A DNA stretch of 53,730 bases from Arcobacteraceae bacterium (GTDB lineage Bacteria; Campylobacterota; Campylobacteria; Campylobacterales; Arcobacteraceae), in the NCBI GenBank assembly GCA_048268245.1, contig JBLWVX010000016.1, forward strand, positions 1 through 53,730, written 5' to 3'. The translations under genes and the position numbers were made by a program. Shown piece by piece: positions 8,338-17,808 of the stretch (the first letter of the stretch is position 1; every line of letters starts with the position of its first letter). The notes under the pieces are model-generated. The model saw only the letters and a list, made by a program, of their open reading frames with translations, had not been told where the DNA came from and made no database searches.

Positions 8338-8452
8338 GGGTTTTTCAAAAGAATTTCAAAATTTTTCAAAATTTAATGATTTTAATAGAAAATGAAAATC
8401 AATAAATGTATAATATCTACCATAAATATAAGAAGAATTTAAAGGATTATAA

Positions 8453-10141
8453 TTGAGAAGTAATGAGATAAAAAAAGGATATGATAGAACTCCACACAGG
8501 TCTTTATTAAGAGCTACTGGATTACAAGATGAGGATTTTGATAAACCATTTATTGGTGTAGCAAACTCTTTTATTGAACTTATCCCTGGACACTTCTTTT
8601 TAAATAAAGTTGGTGAGATTATAAAAGATGAAATTAAAGCAAATGGTTGTGTTCCATTTGAGTTTAATACAATTGGTGTTGATGATGGTATTGCTATGGG
8701 TCATGATGGTATGTTATTTTCATTACCTTCAAGAGAATTAATTGCAAACTCAATTGAAACTGTAATGAATGCACATAAACTAGATGCAATGATTGCTATT
8801 CCAAACTGTGATAAAATTGTACCAGGTATGATTATGGGTGCATTAAGAGTTGATGTTCCAACTGTATTTGTATCAGGTGGACCAATGGAAAAAGGTTATA
8901 CACAAGATGGTAAACCTATTGACTTAGCTACTGCTTTTGAAGCTGTAGGAAAACACGAATCAGGTGAGATGAGTGATGAAGAGTTAAAAGATATCGAATG
9001 TAATGCCTGTCCAAGTGGTGGTTCATGTTCTGGTATGTTTACAGCAAACTCTATGAATACACTTATGGAAGCTATGGGTATTGCTCTTCCTGGAAATGGA
9101 ACAATCTTAGCTTTAACTCCTGAGAGAGAAGAGTTATATAGACAAGCAGCTAGAAGAATTTGTGAAATTGCAAAAGATGAGAAAGCAAGAGAAGATTACA
9201 AATTAAAAAATATTTTAAATGAAAATGCAGTTAGAAATGCTTTTGCTGTAGATATGGCAATGGGTGGATCTTCTAATACGGTATTACACATGTTAGCAAT
9301 TGCTAAAGAAGCTGGTGTTAACTTTAACTTAGAAGATATTAACTCTATTTCTAAAAGAGTTTCACATATTGCTAAAATCTCTCCATCATTATCTACTGTA
9401 CATATGGAAGACATCAACAAAGCTGGTGGTGTAAATGCAGTAATGAAAGAGATGTCAAAAAGAGGTGATGATATTTTGCTTGACAATCCAACTATTGGTG
9501 GGATTTCTACTTTAGAAAAAATCAAAGACTCTGAAATTAAAGATACAAATATTATTCATACTGTTGATAACCCATATTCAGAAGTTGGTGGATTAGCTAT
9601 TTTATACGGTAACTTAGCGCAGCAAGGTGCTGTTATTAAAACTGCTGGTATTACTGGTGATAGAGTATTTACAGGTAAAGCTGTATGTTTTGATGGACAA
9701 CCAGAAGCAATCGCTGGAATCGTTGGTGGAAAAGTTAAAGCTGGTGATGTTGTTGTTATTAGATACGAAGGTCCTAAAGGTGGTCCTGGTATGCAAGAGA
9801 TGCTAGCTCCTACTTCACTTATCATGGGTATGGGACTTGGTGATAAAGTTGCATTAATTACTGATGGTAGATTCTCAGGTGCTACAAGAGGTGCAAGTAT
9901 TGGTCACGTATCTCCTGAAGCTGCTGAAGGTGGAATGATTGGATTACTAAAAGATGGTGATGAAATTCACATCGATGTTGACCAATATATCTTATCTGTA
10001 AACTTAACAGATGAAGAAATCGCAAAAAGAAAAGCTGAATTTACTCCTCTTAAAAAACCTCTTAACTCTTCTTGGTTAGGACAATATAGAGCACTTGTAA
10101 CAAATGCAAGTTCTGGAGCAGTTTTAAAAACTGACTTATAA
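8453..10141 (+). CDS. ilvD: Dihydroxy-acid dehydratase
   Basis: [52 protein letters not shown] motifs; TTG start with AAGGA RBS. Confidence 0.97.
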   Translation: MRSNEIKKGYDRTPHRSLLRATGLQDEDFDKPFIGVANSFIELIPGHFFLNKVGEIIKDEIKANGCVPFEFNTIGVDDGIAMGHDGMLFSLPSRELIANSIETVMNAHKLDAMIAIPNCDKIVPGMIMGALRVDVPTVFVSGGPMEKGYTQDGKPIDLATAFEAVGKHESGEMSDEELKDIECNACPSGGSCSGMFTANSMNTLMEAMGIALPGNGTILALTPEREELYRQAARRICEIAKDEKAREDYKLKNILNENAVRNAFAVDMAMGGSSNTVLHMLAIAKEAGVNFNLEDINSISKRVSHIAKISPSLSTVHMEDINKAGGVNAVMKEMSKRGDDILLDNPTIGGISTLEKIKDSEIKDTNIIHTVDNPYSEVGGLAILYGNLAQQGAVIKTAGITGDRVFTGKAVCFDGQPEAIAGIVGGKVKAGDVVVIRYEGPKGGPGMQEMLAPTSLIMGMGLGDKVALITDGRFSGATRGASIGHVSPEAAEGGMIGLLKDGDEIHIDVDQYILSVNLTDEEIAKRKAEFTPLKKPLNSSWLGQYRALVTNASSGAVLKTDL

Positions 10142-10145
10142 TCAC

Positions 10146-10172
10146 TAAAACTAGGGCTTTGCCTTAGTTTTA
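10146..10172 (+). terminator. Probable intrinsic terminator after ilvD
   Basis: TAAAACTAGGGC-TTT-GCCTTAGTTTTA stem-loop right after the stop. Confidence 0.7.
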
Positions 10173-10259
10173 AGTATTAACTATTTATTAACTATTTATT
10201 GAAAAATAGTTTACAAACCTACCCTACAATTGTATTATCAAAATTCGAAAGGATGAATT

Positions 10260-11678
10260 GTGAAGAAAAAACTTTTATTCGCCTCAGCAATGATTGCAAG
10301 TCAATTATTTGCCCAATCAATTGACTTTGAAATGATGAATAAAAACCCTCAAAGAGTGGTTCCTAATTCTACTACTGAAATATTCTCATTTAATAAAAAT
10401 ATTGAAAGTTCTATGCATTCAGTAGTAAATATATCAGCAAAAAGACATGTAAGTACAAATGTAAATAATTTACCATTGGAAATGTTCAACGACCCATTCT
10501 TCAAAAGATTTTTTGGAGAGCAGTTTGGGAATCAATTTAGACAAAACAGAATACAGCGTTCTCTTGGTTCTGGTGTAATTGTTTCTAAAGATGGATACAT
10601 AGTAACAAATAACCATGTAATAGAAAATGCAGAAGAAATCACTGTAACAATAGGTGATGACACAACGGAATACAATGCAAAACTAATTGGAAGAGATGCT
10701 GATAGTGACTTAGCAGTTATTAAGATCGAAGGTAAAGATTTAGAACCAATGAAACTTGGAGATTCAACTTCTTTAAAAGTTGGTGATGTAATTTTTGCTA
10801 TGGGTAATCCATTTGGTATAGGAAGTACAGTAACTCAAGGTATCATTTCTGCTCTTAACAAAAATAAAGTTGGTATCAATAGATATGAAAACTATATTCA
10901 AACAGATGCTTCTATAAACCCTGGAAATTCAGGTGGTGCCTTAATAGACTCAAGAGGTGCTTTAATAGGTATTAATACTGCTATTTTATCAAAAAGTGGT
11001 GGTAACAATGGAATTGGTTTTGCTATTCCTGTAAACATGGTGAAAGATGTAGTTAAAAAACTTGTAGCAGATGGTAAGGTAACTAGAGGTTACTTAGGTG
11101 TTGCTATTGGTGATTTAGATAAAGACTTATCTAAAGTTTATAACCATAAAAAAGGTGCTTTAGTTCTTGATGTATCACCAGGAACTCCTGCTGAAAAATA
11201 TGGTATTAAAAGAGGTGACTTAATTTACTCTATTAATGGTAAGAAAATCACAGATAGAACTTCTTTACAAAATGTTGTAGCTTCATTTAAACCTAAACAA
11301 AAAGTTACAATTTCCCTTGAAAGAGATAGAAAAAACTTAGAACTTGATATAGTTTTAGGAAATAGAGAATCACTAATAAAAATCTCTTCAAATAATAGTA
11401 AAGTTCTTGGCGGATTAAGACTGAAAAATATCGATATGAATATTAAAAAGCAATATAGACTTCCATTGAGTGCTCAAGGTATCCTAATCTCAGATGTTGA
11501 ACCAAAATCGAAAGCTGAAAAAACAGGTTTCCAAGCAGGTGATATTATTATCCAAATTGAAGATATTGAAATCAAAGACTTTGGTGATGTGGAAAAAGCT
11601 TTAAGTAAGTATAATAAAAAACACAAAAGAGTTTATGTAAATAGATATGGTCAAACAATTCTATTTGTAATTAAATAA
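10260..11678 (+). CDS. htrA: Periplasmic serine protease HtrA/DegP family
   Basis: Signal peptide; TNNHV, DLAVIK, INPGNSGG catalytic motifs; two PDZ domains; GTG start. Confidence 0.95.
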   Translation: MKKKLLFASAMIASQLFAQSIDFEMMNKNPQRVVPNSTTEIFSFNKNIESSMHSVVNISAKRHVSTNVNNLPLEMFNDPFFKRFFGEQFGNQFRQNRIQRSLGSGVIVSKDGYIVTNNHVIENAEEITVTIGDDTTEYNAKLIGRDADSDLAVIKIEGKDLEPMKLGDSTSLKVGDVIFAMGNPFGIGSTVTQGIISALNKNKVGINRYENYIQTDASINPGNSGGALIDSRGALIGINTAILSKSGGNNGIGFAIPVNMVKDVVKKLVADGKVTRGYLGVAIGDLDKDLSKVYNHKKGALVLDVSPGTPAEKYGIKRGDLIYSINGKKITDRTSLQNVVASFKPKQKVTISLERDRKNLELDIVLGNRESLIKISSNNSKVLGGLRLKNIDMNIKKQYRLPLSAQGILISDVEPKSKAEKTGFQAGDIIIQIEDIEIKDFGDVEKALSKYNKKHKRVYVNRYGQTILFVIK

Positions 11679-11690
11679 AAAGGATTCGTC

Positions 11691-12377
11691 ATAATTAAAG
11701 TACTAATGATAGAAGATGATTTAGAGTTAGCTCAAATCATCACTGATTATCTAGCCTCATTTGATATAGAAGTGACAAATACAGATAGCCCTTACAATGG
11801 GCTATCAATGTTAAGTATAGATAAGGATTATAAACTCCTTATCTTAGACTTGACACTTCCTGAAATTGATGGTTTAGAATTAATCCCTAAAATCAGAGAA
11901 AAGAGTGAAATACCTATTATTATCTCAAGCGCAAGAGATGATATTTTAGACAAAGTTATGGGATTAGAAAGAGGTGCAGATGATTATCTTCCAAAACCAT
12001 ATAACCCAAGAGAACTTCAAGCTAGGATCAAAACTATTTTAAAAAGAGTTGACACAAATACAGCTGATGTGAGAAGTGATGTAAAAGCAACAAACTCTGT
12101 ATTTGAAATAAAAGAAGATGATATGCAAATCAACTTTAAAAACAATGCTTTGACTTTAACTCTAGCAGAGTATGACATCTTAAAACTTCTTATTCAAAGA
12201 AATGGTGGTGTTGTATCAAGAGAAGATTTTATTTATGCTAGTGACCATATTGAAGATGATTCATCACTAAAAAATATTGATGTAATTATTTCAAGAATTA
12301 GAACAAAATTAGCAAAACTAGATGATACTCAAACATATATCAAATCAGTAAGAGGTATTGGGTATAAGTTAATATGA
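11691..12377 (+). CDS. cprR: OmpR-family response regulator, CprR-like (probable ATA start at 11691; first ATG at 11706)
   Basis: KVLMIEDD, LILDLTLP, ADDYLPKPY, C-terminal wHTH (SVRGIGY); the htrA-RR-HK order matches C. jejuni htrA-cprR-cprS. Confidence 0.82.
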   Translation: MIKVLMIEDDLELAQIITDYLASFDIEVTNTDSPYNGLSMLSIDKDYKLLILDLTLPEIDGLELIPKIREKSEIPIIISSARDDILDKVMGLERGADDYLPKPYNPRELQARIKTILKRVDTNTADVRSDVKATNSVFEIKEDDMQINFKNNALTLTLAEYDILKLLIQRNGGVVSREDFIYASDHIEDDSSLKNIDVIISRIRTKLAKLDDTQTYIKSVRGIGYKLI

Positions 12378-13606
12378 CAAAAAATATCTCTATTTCTGCA
12401 TTTATAAATATCATTTTTTCTTTAGCTTTTATAGCTGTTATGATTACCTTTGCGTTATTTGTTAGATTTGATCAGCAAAGACATGAAATAACACTACAAA
12501 ACAGATATGAACTAATTGCAGAGAACTTTTTAAGTGCCTTTCAAAACCAACCAACAGTTGAAACACTTGAAAATCTTTTTAAAAAATTTAAAGTAGAACC
12601 AATAAAAAAAAGAGATGCCAAGCTTGAAATCATCAAACAAGCACAAGAACTTACAATCACACAAAACTATTTAGGAACATATAGAGTTTATAAGTACGAT
12701 GAGAATTATTATATTTATGTACAGCAGTATGGATATAATATCATGCTAAAAGACATAAGAAATCATAACTATAATGTAGCTATTATAATCCTAGCTATGG
12801 TTTTATCTTTAGTAACTTTACTATTTTTATATGTAACTTTGAAAAGAAAGCTACTTCCTTTAAAACTTTTAAATAAACAAATCATAGAGTTTTCAAATGG
12901 CAAAAAAGATGTGAAAATCAAAAGTGTAAGTAATGATGAAATAGGAACTATTGCAAAAAGCTTTAATGAAGCCGTAACAATCATAAGTAATCAAACAAAA
13001 TCAAAAGATTTATTTATGAGAAATATGATGCATGAACTTAAAACTCCTATTACAAAGGCTATGTTTATTGCTGAGACCTTAGAAGATGATAAAGCAAGAC
13101 AAAACTTGCAAAAAGCATTTAAAAGAATGGATGATATTATCAAAGAACTTGCAACAGTTGAGAAAATCACTTCTCAAAATAGAGTTGTGTATAAAGAACT
13201 AACATCTTTCTTTAATATCTACAATAAAACTTTAGAAATCATGATGATAAACCCTGAAAACATTACTTCAAAGATTAGAGACTTTAAATTTGAGGTTGAT
13301 ACATATATGTTTTCTATCGTCTTAAAAAATCTTATAGATAATGCTATAAAATTCTCTCCAAATAAAAAAGCAATAATAAATGCTTCAAAAGAGCAAATCA
13401 TAGTAAGCTCAAAAGGTGAGCCTTTAAAACATGAACTTGAGTACTACACAGAAGCTTTTTGTCAAGAAGAAAAAAGAAGTGATGGATTTGGTCTGGGACT
13501 TTATATAGTTAAAACTATTGTAAATCTACATGGATATAAATTGAAATATTTCTACAAAGATGAAAAAAATCACTTTGTAATAGACATGAAAAAAGAGAAG
13601 AGTTAA
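12374..13606 (+). CDS. cprS: Sensor histidine kinase, CprS/ArsS-like
   Basis: Two TMs, HAMP, MHELKTP H-box, NLIDNAIK, GFGLGL; 4-nt overlap with the regulator. Confidence 0.8.
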   Translation: MTKNISISAFINIIFSLAFIAVMITFALFVRFDQQRHEITLQNRYELIAENFLSAFQNQPTVETLENLFKKFKVEPIKKRDAKLEIIKQAQELTITQNYLGTYRVYKYDENYYIYVQQYGYNIMLKDIRNHNYNVAIIILAMVLSLVTLLFLYVTLKRKLLPLKLLNKQIIEFSNGKKDVKIKSVSNDEIGTIAKSFNEAVTIISNQTKSKDLFMRNMMHELKTPITKAMFIAETLEDDKARQNLQKAFKRMDDIIKELATVEKITSQNRVVYKELTSFFNIYNKTLEIMMINPENITSKIRDFKFEVDTYMFSIVLKNLIDNAIKFSPNKKAIINASKEQIIVSSKGEPLKHELEYYTEAFCQEEKRSDGFGLGLYIVKTIVNLHGYKLKYFYKDEKNHFVIDMKKEKS

Positions 13607-14031
13607 TCCTCTTCTCTTACATCTTTCATAACTTCAAACCAATCTCTTGAAAACTTGTTTTTAATATACTTTTCCCTATGAGGAACTATACATCCTGAAC
13701 AATTTTGATGAATATAATCTTCACCAATATACTGAGCCCCATCTTTTGAGTTAATACCACATTTTGAGAAAAGTGTCTTCCCATCAACTTTCTCAAAACC
13801 ATCCATTTTAAATCTAAAATTAGGACAGGCACATAAATAACAGTTTAAATCTTCATAATCATGGCATTTCTTATTGTCTTTATATAAAGGACAAAAGTCT
13901 GGTTCATTTTTAACCATGTTATCAAATCTAAAGTACTCTATTACCTCATCTATTGATTTATCTTCTAATTTTTTCATTACATTTGCGTGTAGTTTACCTT
14001 GTTGGTTAAACCACTCTTCATAAGTCATCAT
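13603..14031 (-). CDS. Cysteine-rich small-domain protein (zf-like family seen in cobalamin clusters)
   Basis: FCPLY..KCH...LNCYLCACP...NCSGCIVPH; translationally coupled to cbiB. Confidence 0.65.
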   Translation of the reverse strand: MMTYEEWFNQQGKLHANVMKKLEDKSIDEVIEYFRFDNMVKNEPDFCPLYKDNKKCHDYEDLNCYLCACPNFRFKMDGFEKVDGKTLFSKCGINSKDGAQYIGEDYIHQNCSGCIVPHREKYIKNKFSRDWFEVMKDVREED

Positions 14032-14915
14032 AATACTCCTAAAATTAATACGCTTATTACTAATATATCTAATCTAGTTTTTATTGAAATAGCTTTTATT
14101 ACATCACTATTTTCTATTTGTTCTCTACCTCTTCCAAAAAATGGTTTATCTTTTATTTTTCCAAAGTAAGAAGTAGAACCTCCAAGTTTAACACCTAAAC
14201 CTAAAGCAATAGCTGAGATAGGAAGTCCAGCATTTAAACTATCATGTTTTTTACCATATTTCCCAAACTCCAACAAAGCCTCTTTTGAGAAGAAAAAAAG
14301 TGCTATTAACACAGCTGTAATACGAGAGGGAATATAGTTTACTATATCATCTACTATAGCACTTACTTTACCAAATTTTTCATACTTTTCATTTCTATAC
14401 CCAACCATAGAATCAAGAGTATTTATAGCCTTATATACAAAAGCTCCTGCTATTCCAAAACATAAAAGATAAAAAAGTGGTGCAATTACTCCATCACTTA
14501 GATTTTCGCCATATGTCTCAATAGCTGCTTTATTTACATCACTATTATTCATACTACTTGTATCACGACTAACAAGATAAGATATTTTTTGTTTTTTTAC
14601 TTCAAGGTCATCTGAACTTACTATATCTTTTACACTATCATATAACATTTTAGATGCTAAGGTAAAAGAAGCTAAAAAACCTTGAACAAAGATATTATCA
14701 ATCATTGCTAAAATAGATGTGATTATAAATACAACAGTTACTAAAGAGATAGTTAAAAGCCCTCCTCTTAAAACTGAGTCTTTATAAAATCTCTTTTCAA
14801 ACCACTTGATATAATCTCCCATAAAAATAATAGGATGTTTTAAAAACTTTAGCTTTTCAAACTCTCCAAAAACTAAATCAAGAACATAGGCTATTAAAGC
14901 GATACTATAAAACAC
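14028..14915 (-). CDS. cbiB: Adenosylcobinamide-phosphate synthase CbiB
   Basis: Membrane protein with DLVFGE...HP, LVSRDT, ENLSDGVIAP, YKAINTLDSMVGY. Confidence 0.93.
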   Translation of the reverse strand: MFYSIALIAYVLDLVFGEFEKLKFLKHPIIFMGDYIKWFEKRFYKDSVLRGGLLTISLVTVVFIITSILAMIDNIFVQGFLASFTLASKMLYDSVKDIVSSDDLEVKKQKISYLVSRDTSSMNNSDVNKAAIETYGENLSDGVIAPLFYLLCFGIAGAFVYKAINTLDSMVGYRNEKYEKFGKVSAIVDDIVNYIPSRITAVLIALFFFSKEALLEFGKYGKKHDSLNAGLPISAIALGLGVKLGGSTSYFGKIKDKPFFGRGREQIENSDVIKAISIKTRLDILVISVLILGVL

Positions 14916-16296
14916 TCTGCTCTATCCTCTTTACATCAAGTCTACTTTTCATCTCACCTATAAAAGCATCTAAAGTATCTTTTTTATACTTATCAAACGA
15001 GTAGCCTATATATTGGCTATTTATACTCTTGAAGTATTTAGTTCTAAAAGCATCATTATCAAAAATACCATGAACAAATGTACCTTTAAAATTATCTTTT
15101 TCATAAGATAAAGGATATTTATCACTCATACCATGATGTATCTCAAAACCTTTGATACTCTCTCCAAAAAGCTCATAACTTTGTTTCTTTAAAACTTTTT
15201 TCTTTTCAAAAACTATATTTGAAGGTATTACACCAAAACCCTCTTCCACTAAAGGTTCACTATTTTCTAAAGCATACTTATCATCAAGTGTTTCAAACAT
15301 CATTTCATATCCACCACATATGGCACAAATATGACCTTTGTAGTTTTGTATTTGCTCATATAAGCCCATATCTTTTAACCACTTTAAATCTTTGATTACA
15401 AGCTTAGAACCAGGTAATACAACTAAATCAAACTTTTCTAGTGAGATATTATGGTTTACAAACTCTACAAATACCTCATCATCTGCTATTAAAGGCTCTA
15501 TGTCATTGTAGTTACTCATATATGGATATGATATAACTGCTATATCTAGTTTTTTGTTTTTTGGCTTTTGAATGAAGTTTTGTAAAGATGCACTATCTTC
15601 AAAACCTAAATTAAATGGAATATAAGGTAATACTCCTAAAACTGGTATTTTAAACTCTTCTTTGATGATTCTAACACCCTCATCAAATAAAGTTAAATCT
15701 CCCCTAAATTTATTTACAATAACCCCTACTACATTCTCTCTTAGTTTAGGAGGTAATAAGTGATAAACTCCATAAATAGAAGCAAAAACACCACCCTTTT
15801 CTATATCTGCTACTAGTATAATCTTTGTATTGTATTCATCTGCAATAAAAATATTTGATAAGTCTTTATCCATAAGATTTAGTTCCACAGGACTTCCAGC
15901 ACCCTCACTTACAACAACATCATACTTTTCATCTAAATACTCATAACATCTCTTAACAGCAGGCTTTAAAAGGTCTAAATCTCTATAATACTCTCTTACA
16001 TCTTTGTTTGTAACTACTTGACCTTCTACTATAAGTGAAGCAGAGTTTCCCCTACCTGATTTTAAAAGAACAGGGTTTAGATGATAAGAAGTTTCAACTT
16101 CTAAAACTTCACTTTGAAAGTATTGAGCTATTGCTATTTCACTTCCATCATCACATACATGTGAGTTATTTGAGACATTTTGAGCTTTAAAAGGAGCTAC
16201 ACTATAACCTAAGTCTTGAAGTATTTTTGCTATTACAAAAGTGATAGTTGATTTACCAGCATCTGAGCTAGTTCCGAAGATAGAGATATTTTTCAT
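14905..16296 (-). CDS. cobQ: Cobyric acid synthase (CobQ/CbiP)
   Basis: GTSSDAGKS, PFKAQNVS, EGAGSPVELNL, GATase motifs ICGGY and GFEIH. Confidence 0.95.
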   Translation of the reverse strand: MKNISIFGTSSDAGKSTITFVIAKILQDLGYSVAPFKAQNVSNNSHVCDDGSEIAIAQYFQSEVLEVETSYHLNPVLLKSGRGNSASLIVEGQVVTNKDVREYYRDLDLLKPAVKRCYEYLDEKYDVVVSEGAGSPVELNLMDKDLSNIFIADEYNTKIILVADIEKGGVFASIYGVYHLLPPKLRENVVGVIVNKFRGDLTLFDEGVRIIKEEFKIPVLGVLPYIPFNLGFEDSASLQNFIQKPKNKKLDIAVISYPYMSNYNDIEPLIADDEVFVEFVNHNISLEKFDLVVLPGSKLVIKDLKWLKDMGLYEQIQNYKGHICAICGGYEMMFETLDDKYALENSEPLVEEGFGVIPSNIVFEKKKVLKKQSYELFGESIKGFEIHHGMSDKYPLSYEKDNFKGTFVHGIFDNDAFRTKYFKSINSQYIGYSFDKYKKDTLDAFIGEMKSRLDVKRIEQSVL

Positions 16297-16422
16297 TTTA
16301 TTCCTGCGATTATATTTTGTGACATTATAGTAAAAATAAAATTAGAGTAATCGAGGAATAAAAAGAAGTATATCAAAACATAAAAACATTTTGGTTACGC
16401 AGTTTGTATAATAAATAGTTTT

Positions 16423-17652
16423 TTAATCTTCTAATATTCCTGTTTCTATGAAATTGTTGATTTGGGTAATAATATCATACTTTTCAAAACTATTTATTTC
16501 TAATAGTTCTTCTAAGCCATAGTTATATAAAGCATATATACTTTTAACTAAAAATTTATTTTCTTCTATATATTTTAATAAAGAAGTTTTATTAATCTTT
16601 GAACCATAATCATTATAATTTCTAACTATAGATTTAAGACCTTCAATATAATCAACATTTTCATATTTTCTAGAACTTTGTATACAGCTAATCAATCCCT
16701 CTTCTTCTAACTCAAAATCAACTATAAAAAATCTCGTATTAAAATCTTTATCTTTTTCAAAAATTTTTAACTTGAAAATATAATGGTTCAAAATAAAATT
16801 TATATTTACAAAAATAAAATATTTAATAAACTTATCATCTGTTTTTCTTATTCTATCTATCCATTCATCTAAATTGTCTAAAACCTGAATATATATTCTT
16901 GCATTAAGTTCTTCTGTTTTTTCTAATGTTTTTAAAATTGTTTTCGCATATTTTCTTAATCTTGAATATTTAAACTTTTCATTATCTTTTTCAAGAAATA
17001 TAGATTTAAACAACTCTCTAATACTTGGCTCATATTTTAGATACTTAGACACTGTTTTCTCTTTTACATTTGAAAAAATATCTTTTTCTTCACCTTCAAA
17101 TACATCATCATTTAAAATAATCACTACTTTACATTTGAAGTTTATAGTTAGCTGAGTTATAAAACCAAAAAGCTCATTTAAATCTATATCTTTTGATTTT
17201 CTCTCAAAGTCATCAAAACATATAATTCCACCATTTTCAAGTCTTTTTAATGCTGTTCTTTCAATATTATCTCTTTGTTCTTCTTTTAATCCAATCGCAA
17301 CTTTTTTAGAACCAAATCGTTGCATTCTTTTTGTGAACGTAGAAAAGCCTTTTGTTACAAAATTTTCTCCACCAATAGCAGAATAATAAGCTTGTGAAAA
17401 GATGTCATTTTCTATCTCTTCAATAGAGCTTTTTCCATATAAACTTATATATGAATAGACTTGTCCTTTTTCTTTTAACTCTATTTTAAATTCATCACTT
17501 GCAATAATATTCTGCCAAAAATGAGTCTTACCACTTCCCCACTTTCCAGATAGCATAATGACTTTACCATTTGAGATTTCACTTTTTAAATAGCCATCTT
17601 TATTTTTATTGCCTAATAATAAATAGTTTTTTAGTTTTTCTTGATTTGACAT
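16423..17652 (-). CDS. KAP-family P-loop NTPase
   Basis: Walker A LSGKWGSGKT, YISLYG, Walker B ICFDDFER, KEK motif; no TM helices evident. Confidence 0.78.
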   Translation of the reverse strand: MSNQEKLKNYLLLGNKNKDGYLKSEISNGKVIMLSGKWGSGKTHFWQNIIASDEFKIELKEKGQVYSYISLYGKSSIEEIENDIFSQAYYSAIGGENFVTKGFSTFTKRMQRFGSKKVAIGLKEEQRDNIERTALKRLENGGIICFDDFERKSKDIDLNELFGFITQLTINFKCKVVIILNDDVFEGEEKDIFSNVKEKTVSKYLKYEPSIRELFKSIFLEKDNEKFKYSRLRKYAKTILKTLEKTEELNARIYIQVLDNLDEWIDRIRKTDDKFIKYFIFVNINFILNHYIFKLKIFEKDKDFNTRFFIVDFELEEEGLISCIQSSRKYENVDYIEGLKSIVRNYNDYGSKINKTSLLKYIEENKFLVKSIYALYNYGLEELLEINSFEKYDIITQINNFIETGILED

Positions 17653-17808
17653 TTTTTCACTTATGTTTTATTTTTTATACTTTATCAAAAAATATTAAAA
17701 AACGTATTTAAATATATAAAAATACAATTTCTTTATTTTATATACACATAAAACTATTATATTTAAAAAATATTTGCTAGAATAGAGTACTAATGATAGG
17801 ATTTTATT

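Noticed and set aside
8343..8371. TTTCAAAA three times with 10-11 bp period
   Set aside because: Best explained as ordinary phased A/T tracts upstream of the tRNA promoter, not an array or iteron set.
16297..16422. Cobalamin riboswitch upstream of cobQ (also checked upstream of cobT)
   Set aside because: No B12-box or conserved GGGAA/GCCACTG core; the regions are short and AT-rich.
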